From assembly GCA_963801895.1 (NCBI GenBank), contig CAWDGM010000005.1:231385-295384 (forward strand): DNA of 64,000 nt, read 5' to 3'. Shown piece after piece: positions 30,296 to 38,035 of this stretch. Numbering within the stretch: the stretch's first letter is position 1; every line of letters begins with the position of its first letter. Under the pieces are notes generated by a model that was given only the letters and a program-made list of their open reading frames with translations, searched no databases and was not told the origin of the DNA. This stretch comes from an uncultured Acidobacteriota bacterium. GTDB taxonomy: Bacteria > Acidobacteriota > Terriglobia > Terriglobales > Acidobacteriaceae. A program made the translations under genes and the position numbers.

Positions 30296-32098
30296 TTAAA
30301 AGGTCTTTCCTGCGTTCATCAGCAAGTGTTCGAGAATTGGACCGAGACTCACGGCCGGGAAGAAGGTCAGCGCACCGAGAATCAGAATGACGCTAATCAA
30401 CAAGAACGTGAACAGCGGCGTTGTGACGGGGAACGTGCCCAATGATGGCGGCACGTACCTCTTCTGCGCGAGATTGCCGGCGATCGCCAGCATGGGGATG
30501 ATCATGAAGAAGCGGCCGACCAATGTGGTAATCCCCGTTGCGGCGTCGTACCAGAGCGTACTGACGGTGAGACCACCGAATGCAGAGCCGTTGTTTCCCG
30601 CCGAGGAGACGAATGCATACAGAATCTGGCTAAGACCATGCGGGCCGGGATTGCTGATGCTCGCGGTGCCGAAACCTTTTACCATGGAAATCGCAGCGAG
30701 CGTGAGGATGATCAGGGGGAAGACTAGAGAGACCAGCATCGCCATCTTCACGTCGTAGGCTTCGATCTTCTTGCCGAGATATTCAGGGGTACGACCTACC
30801 ATCAGTCCCGCGATGAAAACAGCCAGGACGATGTAGATGAGAATTCCGTACATGCCCGAGCCGACGCCACCGAAGATCACTTCGCTGAGCATGATGTTGA
30901 CGAGCGGGACCAATCCTCCGAGCGGGGTAAATGAATCGTGCCAACCGTTGATGGCGCCGCAACTGGCGTCGGTGGTGACGGTCGCGAACAGGGCTGAGTT
31001 CGCGATTCCGAAGCGGGTCTCCTTTCCTTCCATGTTGCCGCCGGGTTGCTCCGCCGTGACCTGTTGGGAAACTGTGGAAGGGGTCAGGGGATTGCCGCGC
31101 GCCTCGGCCCAGTAGGCAACTGTGACCCCGGCTAGAAACAGGATCGCCATCGCGGACCAGACTGCCCATCCGTGGGCCTGCGATCCAGTCATCCGGCCCA
31201 GTGTGTAGGTAAGTCCGGAGCCGATCGCAAAGATACAAAACATCTCGAACAGATTGGTGAGCGGCGTGGGGTTCTCGAACGGATGCGCACTGTTCGCGTT
31301 GAAGAATCCGCCGCCGTTCGTTCCCCACTCCTTAATGATTTCCTGAGACGCTACCGGGCCTTGGGCGATCGTCTGCGTGGTCACTGTGTCCATCACAGGA
31401 CTGCCGTCGCCGTCGACCGCGGGCTTACCGTCCGTGCCCGTGTGCTGGATCTGCTGCGGTTCCACCAGTTTGACGGTGTCGTAAGGCTTCAGGTTCTGCA
31501 CGACACCTTGTGAGACGAGGAATAGCGCACCGACGATGCAGAAGGGCAGCAGCACCCAGAGACAGCAACGCACGAAGTCGACCCAGAAGTTCCCGAGCGT
31601 CTGCATCTGGCGACGCGCGATGCCGCGAATAAACGCAATCGCCAACACAATGCCGGTGGCAGCTGATGTGAAATTGTGAAGAGCCAATCCCGCCATCTGC
31701 GTGAAGTAGCTCATGGTTGTCTCGCCTGAGTAGGCTTGCCAGTTGGTGTTCGTCGTAAACGACGCGGCGGTGTTGAAGGCAAGATGTTGAGGCGCTACGC
31801 TCCCTAAATGTTGCGGGTTAAAGGGCAACATTCCCTGCACTCTCTGAATGATATAGAGCACGAGCATCGAAGCTGCGCTGAACAGAAGCATGGACGTGGC
31901 ATATTCTGTCCAACGCATTTCGTGCCGCTCATCGACGCCCGTTACGCGGTAGAAGAGGCGTTCGACGGGACGAAGCAGAGGGTCAAGGAATGTGCGTTCC
32001 CCCGCGAAGACCTTCGTCATGAAGATTCCGAGGGGCTTCGTGACGGCGAAGATCAATCCTAGAAAGAAAGTGATTTGAAGCCAGCCATTGAGAGTCAT
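30296..32098 (-). CDS. kdpA: potassium-transporting ATPase subunit KdpA
   Basis: 600-aa polytopic protein with the typical KdpA N-terminus [24 protein letters not shown]. Confidence 0.98.
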   Translation of the reverse strand: MTLNGWLQITFFLGLIFAVTKPLGIFMTKVFAGERTFLDPLLRPVERLFYRVTGVDERHEMRWTEYATSMLLFSAASMLVLYIIQRVQGMLPFNPQHLGSVAPQHLAFNTAASFTTNTNWQAYSGETTMSYFTQMAGLALHNFTSAATGIVLAIAFIRGIARRQMQTLGNFWVDFVRCCLWVLLPFCIVGALFLVSQGVVQNLKPYDTVKLVEPQQIQHTGTDGKPAVDGDGSPVMDTVTTQTIAQGPVASQEIIKEWGTNGGGFFNANSAHPFENPTPLTNLFEMFCIFAIGSGLTYTLGRMTGSQAHGWAVWSAMAILFLAGVTVAYWAEARGNPLTPSTVSQQVTAEQPGGNMEGKETRFGIANSALFATVTTDASCGAINGWHDSFTPLGGLVPLVNIMLSEVIFGGVGSGMYGILIYIVLAVFIAGLMVGRTPEYLGKKIEAYDVKMAMLVSLVFPLIILTLAAISMVKGFGTASISNPGPHGLSQILYAFVSSAGNNGSAFGGLTVSTLWYDAATGITTLVGRFFMIIPMLAIAGNLAQKRYVPPSLGTFPVTTPLFTFLLISVILILGALTFFPAVSLGPILEHLLMNAGKTF

Positions 32099-32099
32099 T

Positions 32100-32195
32100 T
32101 CAGAATTTCTCCGGCCGCAGAAGTGCGTAAAAGAGATAAATGGCCGTAATGGCGCTGATGACGAGAATGACGAGTGTCTGGATATCCATAAACAT
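32100..32195 (-). CDS. kdpF: potassium-transporting ATPase subunit KdpF (29-31 aa)
   Basis: M(FM)DIQTLVILVISAITAIYLFYALLRPEKF. Its stop lies 1 nt before the kdpA ATG. The start is either 32195 or 32189. Confidence 0.8.
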   Translation of the reverse strand: MFMDIQTLVILVISAITAIYLFYALLRPEKF

Positions 32196-32282
32196 TTACT
32201 TCAGGCGTTCGCAGGCGTAGACATAAGCGATTGAGACGGCGAAAAAGGCGACCGTTACTCCGATCCAAAGAACGTCTTGCAT
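32196..32282 (-). CDS. additional 28-aa hydrophobic peptide upstream of kdpF (MQDVLWIGVTVAFFAVSIAYVYACERLK)
   Basis: GGAGGG lies 6 nt upstream of the ATG. The TAA stop directly abuts the kdpF start. It has a single TM helix. Confidence 0.45.
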   Translation of the reverse strand: MQDVLWIGVTVAFFAVSIAYVYACERLK

Positions 32283-32313
32283 GTTCACCCTCCAGGTTGT
32301 CTGACAAGCCACG

Positions 32314-33960
32314 CTAGAACTTCACGAGAATCGCCATCGTCGCGCGATCTTCCGTGTTACGAAGATCCGGTTGCCATCCCGCAACCATCGCGCCGGGAGT
32401 TCCATTGTTTCCTCCCGGAGGCGTGACCCCGCCCGGGCCGCTCCAGTACGGTACGTTCGCGTGACGATGATTGAACTCCCAGCGGAAAGTGATGTACTGG
32501 CTGGGCATGTAGTCATACGTCCCGGAAATGTCCCAGGCTTTGAACGGGTCGCCAGGGTTCTCAGTGAAATACGGGGTGCCCGTGGTCGCGGTTGCGCCAT
32601 CGATCGGCGGAATCAGGACAAGGTAGCGTCCTGGGTTATTAATTTTTCCGCCCCCGAGGGTGAACGCATACCGGTCTTTATGAAACCACCAGCGGTTATA
32701 GAGCATGAATCCCAGGAAAGCCTGCTTGAAGGAGACGACCTGGCCTGAGGAATTTTTCTGATTGGTGGTGCAATTCACGCCGCCACCGGTCTCGCAACCA
32801 AGATCGCCGGTTAACGTGAAGGCCATCTTGTCGAGGAAGCGTTCGGGGTGGTCGTAATACTTGACCTCTACGCTGTCGTCGGTATGCATACGGGTGCGAT
32901 TGGGAATGCCGAATGCGTCGGCACCGACGCCATAGTTGTTCGAGATAATCGAGAGCCAACTTGTCGGACGGTAGAGGATTTGTCCGCCGAGACCGATCCT
33001 GCCGTTGGATCGCGCATAGGATTGCCAGCCGTTAATGATCCAAGGCTCGATCTTCAGCTTGTTGGTGGGAAATACTTGAATGCGCATCCCGGTGAAGAAC
33101 CAGGGGGTATTCGAAGATACGTAGGACGGTTGATAGGCCCAGTTGTCAAAGTTGTAGTAGCTGAACAATCCGACATACGACATGAAAATACCGGCATCGA
33201 CGTTGATACCGTGCAGCGCATCGAAGTGATATCCCCCATAGGCCTCGGAGAGGTAGCGATATGCATCCGCCAGGTTCCACTGACCCCGGGAATAACTCGC
33301 ATCGTTACGCGGAGTGCCCTCCGAATATGTGCCGAACTGAGTCATGAAGCGCGCGCGGACATGATCGTAGTGAAAGTCTCCACCGACACCTAGTTGCGTC
33401 AGACCTATTTCATTGGAGCGAAAAATCTCGCTCGAACCGCTGATTGTGTCGTCCTTGGGATGGTTAAAGTCGTAGGTGTAGTCGACATCGGCGCGAATTT
33501 CCGGGGTAAAGAATTTGGAATCGAACGCTGCTTCCTTCGTCCTCGGATTGCCATTCAGCCACGACCAGTCGGCGAATGCGAATGGCTCGGAGGAAGACGC
33601 GGACGGAGGAGGAGCAGATTCGGTTGACGTCTCAGCCCCGGCGTTATTTGCCGTCATCGACATGTTCAGAGACGGAACAGCCGGTTGTGGGTCGATATGA
33701 TTGACCTCGGCCGGTTGCTCTGCGGCATCGCGTTGCTTGAGTTGCGCCTCGAGTTTTTCGATGCGGAGTCTCATGGCATCCAACTCTTTTAGAAGCCCTG
33801 GTGCTGCCTCGCCTCCAGAATTCGTGGCCGCTGGCGCTTGAGAGGCCGACGGCTCCTGGCTGTGAAGTGGAAGCGCAAGAGTCACGCATACCAGTGTCAA
33901 CATCGCAATACGATCATGATTCCGAAACAAAATCTGACGTGTTCGATTTCCACGACTCAT
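32314..33960 (-). CDS. outer-membrane beta-barrel porin with an N-terminal coiled coil (OmpL/porin-2-like)
   Basis: Signal peptide IAMLTLVCVTLALPLHS, coiled coil LKELDAMRLRIEKLEAQLKQ, a Y/G/N-rich alternating pattern, and a C-terminal ..ILVKF. The ORF track extends it to 34119. I prefer ATG 33960. Confidence 0.7.
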   Translation of the reverse strand: MSRGNRTRQILFRNHDRIAMLTLVCVTLALPLHSQEPSASQAPAATNSGGEAAPGLLKELDAMRLRIEKLEAQLKQRDAAEQPAEVNHIDPQPAVPSLNMSMTANNAGAETSTESAPPPSASSSEPFAFADWSWLNGNPRTKEAAFDSKFFTPEIRADVDYTYDFNHPKDDTISGSSEIFRSNEIGLTQLGVGGDFHYDHVRARFMTQFGTYSEGTPRNDASYSRGQWNLADAYRYLSEAYGGYHFDALHGINVDAGIFMSYVGLFSYYNFDNWAYQPSYVSSNTPWFFTGMRIQVFPTNKLKIEPWIINGWQSYARSNGRIGLGGQILYRPTSWLSIISNNYGVGADAFGIPNRTRMHTDDSVEVKYYDHPERFLDKMAFTLTGDLGCETGGGVNCTTNQKNSSGQVVSFKQAFLGFMLYNRWWFHKDRYAFTLGGGKINNPGRYLVLIPPIDGATATTGTPYFTENPGDPFKAWDISGTYDYMPSQYITFRWEFNHRHANVPYWSGPGGVTPPGGNNGTPGAMVAGWQPDLRNTEDRATMAILVKF

Positions 33961-34260
33961 GAAAATGGCCTTTGTTCCCTTGTATTCCGAATCAATTCCT
34001 GCTTCGCCTTTCGGCACAACTTGAAATCGAGACATTCGTAATTCGCCAATAAGACCCATCAAAATTCGCAACAGAACAACCACAGCTCCAATGCAAAGAA
34101 TCACTAGACCGAGCTTCATCGTTTCTCCAGCACACTCAACGATTCCGCCGCGTTAATAACATTTGATCGCGCCGAGCATAAGGGTGACGACAAGAGTTCA
34201 TAAAGAATTCGTAAGGATGATTCCAAGTCGGCTGAATCGATTTGGTGCCGCAGAATCTCT

Positions 34261-34512
34261 TCAGGAGCCCCATTCCGCCTCTCCAGGAGTCGCGTAATAT
34301 TTGCGCCCTGGTTTCGACGGTTCTGGCGTCGCGCTAAGTTCCTGCAATGTAAGGCGGGCTGCTGCCACCATGAGCGTTCGCTCTTTGTGCGGAGCTTTTT
34401 GCCAAGAAGTGGTTTCGCTTGACGCTGATTCAGAATCATGCGCTAGAGCTTCGTGGTAACGGTGGAAGACTCTAGCCAGTTCCTCTGCTGAAACACCCAG
34501 AATCGTAGACAT
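34261..34512 (-). CDS. hypothetical protein (83 aa) between kdpE and the porin gene
   Basis: ATG 34512 is preceded by AGGAGA. No family recognised. Confidence 0.4.
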   Translation of the reverse strand: MSTILGVSAEELARVFHRYHEALAHDSESASSETTSWQKAPHKERTLMVAAARLTLQELSATPEPSKPGRKYYATPGEAEWGS

Positions 34513-34662
34513 CGGTGATCTCCTAGAGGCCACGGCGTCTGATGCCGTCTCTTGCCTCCAACAGCATTAGAGGTTCGCATGCATAAGGATTGAATAAAGG
34601 GTTCGTAGATTGTTCGTAAAAGCTGAGGGGTGCCTAGGGGAGATGCCAATTGAAAGGGAGGG

Positions 34663-35355
34663 TTATTCGCCGGGCTCGAAGCGGTATCCGACCCAGGGTT
34701 CAGTCACGATGTAGCGAGGGGAGGAGAGGTCGGGCTCAAGCTTTTTCCGCAACTGACCGACGAAGACGCGCAGGTATTCGACTTGTTCCGTGCTTTGGCC
34801 ACCCCAGATTGCGGCAAGCAAAGTGCGATGGTGAATGACTTTGCCCGGCCGACGCGCCATGTAGACGAGCAAATCAAACTCTTTTGGAGTGAGCCGTATC
34901 TCGTTGCGCCGAAGTGTAACCTTGCGCGCTGCTGTATCGATGCTAAAGTCACCGACTTCGATCAGCGTGCTGGCTTCATCCTCAGGTGACACTCGGCGCA
35001 GGTTGGCACGAACCCTTGCCAGAAGCTCACTCATACCGAAGGGCTTGGTCACGTAGTCGTCAGCACCTGCATCTAGGGCCTCAACTTTCTGCTGCTCCTT
35101 GTCGCGAACCGAAAGGACAATGATGGGAACCTGCGAGCTGGCCCGCACGCGACGGCAAAGTTCGATTCCATCAACCGATGGCATGGATAGATCGGTGATG
35201 ATGAGGTTGGGCTGCCAGTCCTTCATGATCTCGAGAGCCATCTCGCCGCTGTTGGCAATTCGAATGTCGTAGCCTTGCGCCGAGAGGCTGGTGCGCAAGA
35301 CGCGCGTGATCTGCGACTCGTCGTCGACAACCAGAATGTGCGCCGGATCCGCCAT
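34663..35355 (-). CDS. kdpE: OmpR-family response regulator KdpE
   Basis: 230 aa with a receiver domain (VVDDE, ..DLSMP) and a winged helix (LTPKEFDLL..VGYRFE). It is translationally coupled to the upstream kdpD-N gene. Confidence 0.92.
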   Translation of the reverse strand: MADPAHILVVDDESQITRVLRTSLSAQGYDIRIANSGEMALEIMKDWQPNLIITDLSMPSVDGIELCRRVRASSQVPIIVLSVRDKEQQKVEALDAGADDYVTKPFGMSELLARVRANLRRVSPEDEASTLIEVGDFSIDTAARKVTLRRNEIRLTPKEFDLLVYMARRPGKVIHHRTLLAAIWGGQSTEQVEYLRVFVGQLRKKLEPDLSSPRYIVTEPWVGYRFEPGE

Positions 35356-36485
35356 CAGCGGGCCTCCTGCGTGACGATGTGAACGTCCACGGAAGGAGAG
35401 TCGCGCAAGAAGCGTTGGATTGCGGAGAGATAGAGATAGCGTTGCCAGCCGGTGCGCGCGGAACGGCCGAAGATGACTTGCGTGATGTGATTCTCGCGAA
35501 CCAGCTGGGCGAGAGCGTCGGCGATCCGGCCTCCGGAGGAGCGGATGACACGCGCGCCAAGATTCTCGGCAAAACGGATGTTCTCGTTCAGAGTCTTCTG
35601 ATCTTCCGGCCTGGTATCGCGGCCGACATCGATATAAAAAACAAACAGATCACCGCCGATGGCCTGCGCCATGCGAGATCCCCGGGCGATCAGATATTGG
35701 GCTGCCGGATTCGAGCTCACACACACCGCGATGCGCTCGCGCACAGTGTGAGCCGGCTGAGTGCCATCCTTTTCCAGAAATGCATCTAAACTCCGATCGA
35801 CCACGCCCGTCACTTGCCGGAGAGCCAATTCGCGCAATGCAATGAGATTTCCCGGACGGAAAAAGTGCGAGAGTGCACGCTGAGCACGGTCGACAGGATA
35901 AATATCGCCGCGCTCCATGCGTTTCTGCAGAGCCTGCGGCGTCAAGTCAGCCAGAACAATTTCGTCGACGCGCTGCATCACCCAGTCAGGGACCGTCTCG
36001 CGAACCTGGACGCCAGTGATCTGCTGCACCGTGGGGCCGATGCTTTCCACGTGCTGCACATTCATCGTGGATAGAACGTCGATCTTCGCATCCAGAAGCT
36101 CGATGACATCCTCGTAGCGTTTGGCGTGTTTGCTGCCTTCGATATTGGTGTGCGCGAGTTCGTCGACAACAACGACCGAGGGTTTGCGCGCGAGGATTGC
36201 GTCCACGTCCATCTCATCGAAAACGGTGCCTTTGTACTCCAGCTTGCGCGGAGGGATGGGGTCGAGCTTGCCGGCTAGTTCTGAAGTTGCCTTGCGCCCA
36301 TGACTTTCGACGACTCCAACGAGGACATCTTCTCCGCGACTGGCGCGACGAATGGCTTCGCTCAGCATGCTGTAGGTCTTTCCCACACCGGGTGCATAGC
36401 CGAGAAACAGCTTGAAAATACCGCGAGCCTTGTCGGCGGATACTTCGCTGAGCCAATCTTCCGGCGTCTTGGGCATCGCAGGCAT
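35355..36485 (-). CDS. kdpD: KdpD N-terminal sensor module only (KdpD domain plus Usp-like domain); no TM or kinase part
   Basis: 376 aa with the P-loop-like motif GYAPGVGKTYSML and the segments VDELAHTN and DVLSTMNVQH. It ends after the Usp-like domain. Confidence 0.9.
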   Translation of the reverse strand: MPAMPKTPEDWLSEVSADKARGIFKLFLGYAPGVGKTYSMLSEAIRRASRGEDVLVGVVESHGRKATSELAGKLDPIPPRKLEYKGTVFDEMDVDAILARKPSVVVVDELAHTNIEGSKHAKRYEDVIELLDAKIDVLSTMNVQHVESIGPTVQQITGVQVRETVPDWVMQRVDEIVLADLTPQALQKRMERGDIYPVDRAQRALSHFFRPGNLIALRELALRQVTGVVDRSLDAFLEKDGTQPAHTVRERIAVCVSSNPAAQYLIARGSRMAQAIGGDLFVFYIDVGRDTRPEDQKTLNENIRFAENLGARVIRSSGGRIADALAQLVRENHITQVIFGRSARTGWQRYLYLSAIQRFLRDSPSVDVHIVTQEAR

Positions 36486-36533
36486 TTTCGTCCTCGGTCG
36501 TGGAGCTTGTCATCCCCATCGTACAATGCGTCT

Positions 36534-37977
36534 GTGAAAACGGCGGCACGAACGCAAGCGATCCGGTACGCGATTGTCATATTTTCAATCGCATTGATCA
36601 CCGCGCTCGACTTCCGGCTGCGCGTGAATCACACGACAGTCGCACTGATGTTCCTGGTGACGGTTCTGCTCACTTCGGCATATTGGGGATTGCGTTACGC
36701 CGTGGTGGTCGCGATTGGGGCAACGGCTGCCTTCAACTATTTCTTCTTACCTCCCGTTCGAACTTTCACCATCACTGATCCGCAGAACTGGGTCGCGTTG
36801 TTCGCATTCCTTATCACCGCGCTCGTCGCCAGCAATCTCTCTGAGCGCGCGCGCCGCGAGGCAGAAGGCGCCAAGCAGCGACGTGGAGAGGTCGAGCGTC
36901 TATACGCGTTGAGCCAGCGGCTGCTGGCATCGGAGAATGTGCTGGAACTGCTGAACGCACTGCCTAAATATTTGCAGGAAATATTCGCCGTGAGCAGCGC
37001 GGTGGCCATGGCCGCAGATCATCCAACCGTTTATCGATCTTCACTCGACGCTAGGTTTGAGGAGAGCGTGCTGCGCTCGACCCTGTTGCGGGGAGAACCG
37101 ATTACCCAAAACAGCGTTTCTTATGTGCCCCTGCGACTTGGAATGCGAACCGTCGGAGCGCTTGGGATTAGCGGAGGTGAGCTTTCTCGCGAGACCCTCG
37201 ACGCCCTTGGAAGCCTGGCCGGGCTGGCTGTGGAACGGGTGCGTGCGCTCGAGGCGCTTAGCAAGAATCGTGCCGAGCAGGAACACGAGAAATTGAGGAC
37301 AGCGCTGCTGGATTCCGTTACCCATGAGTTTCGTACACCGCTTACCTCGATCAAGGCCAGCGTGACAACGTTGACTTCAAACGTGACGCTCGACGAGCAA
37401 GGAAAGCGCGACTTGCTAAACGTGATCGATGAAGAGACGGACCGGCTCAATCGACTGGTCGGCGAAGCGGCAGAGATGGCGCAACTTGATTCCGGAATGT
37501 TCAAGCTCGATCTGGAGTCTCATTCGATTGAGGATGCGCTGCTGCCTGCGTTGAAAGATGCTGAGTCGTCACTGGCGAAACATCCAGTCGAGATGCATGT
37601 TCCGCCTGCGTTGCCGTACGTTCGGATGGACGTGAACAGGATTCGCGAAGTGCTCATGCACCTGCTGGAGAACGCGGGAAAGTATTCGCCCGCTGGGAGC
37701 CCCGGTGAAGGTGACGGTCGAAGTGCAGGGGAACGAACTCGTAACGAGTATTGCCGATCGTGGACCGGGAATTGATTCTTTCGAACAGCCGCTGATTTTC
37801 GACAAATTCTATCGTGGACAAAACCAGCGATACTCGGCACCGGGAACGGGCATGGGGCTTTCGATCGCCAAGGTGATCGTGGAGGCGCATGGGGGATCGA
37901 TTGGCGTGGTGAGCCAGTTGGGAAGCGGGTCTGTATTTTCGTTTTCTCTGCCGTTGAATAGGCAGACGCATTCGTGA
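36534..37977 (+). pseudogene. kdpD: KdpD C-terminal half (DUF4118 TM domain, GAF-like, HisKA, HATPase_c) interrupted by a +1 frameshift
   Basis: Frame 1 runs through HEFRTPLTSI (H box) and HLLENAGKYSPAGSP. The protein then continues in the +1 frame as VKVTVEVQGNELVTSIADRGPGID..GTGMGLSIAK. The shift occurs at the C4 run at 37700-37703. The start is tentatively GTG 36534. Confidence 0.8.
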
Positions 37978-37985
37978 TGCTTCGA

Positions 37986-38035
37986 TGTAGGAGCGCGAGA
38001 CGCGCTCCTGACAGCCGGCGGGATGCCAGCGCTAC
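37986..38035 (+). repeat. composite double-hairpin element, family B (variable hairpin plus ACAGCCGGCGGGATGCCAGCGCTAC)
   Basis: tgtaggagcgcgagacgcgctcctg plus acagccggcgggatgccagcgctac. It lies between convergent genes and overlaps the stop codon (38032-38034) of the Mo-enzyme gene. Confidence 0.85.

Noticed and set aside
33961-34119. A 53-codon in-frame N-terminal extension of the porin ORF (MKLGLVILCIGAVVVLLRIL..).
   Set aside because: It would place a TM helix before a second, typical signal peptide. The internal ATG 33960 gives a standard exported beta-barrel precursor. The extension might be a separate leader peptide, but I cannot support that.
36300-36533. The N-terminal 78 codons of the 491-aa plus-strand ORF for the kinase half of KdpD.
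   Set aside because: This part overlaps the kdpD-N gene on the opposite strand and has a shadow-like composition. The recognisable DUF4118 membrane domain starts right after GTG 36534.
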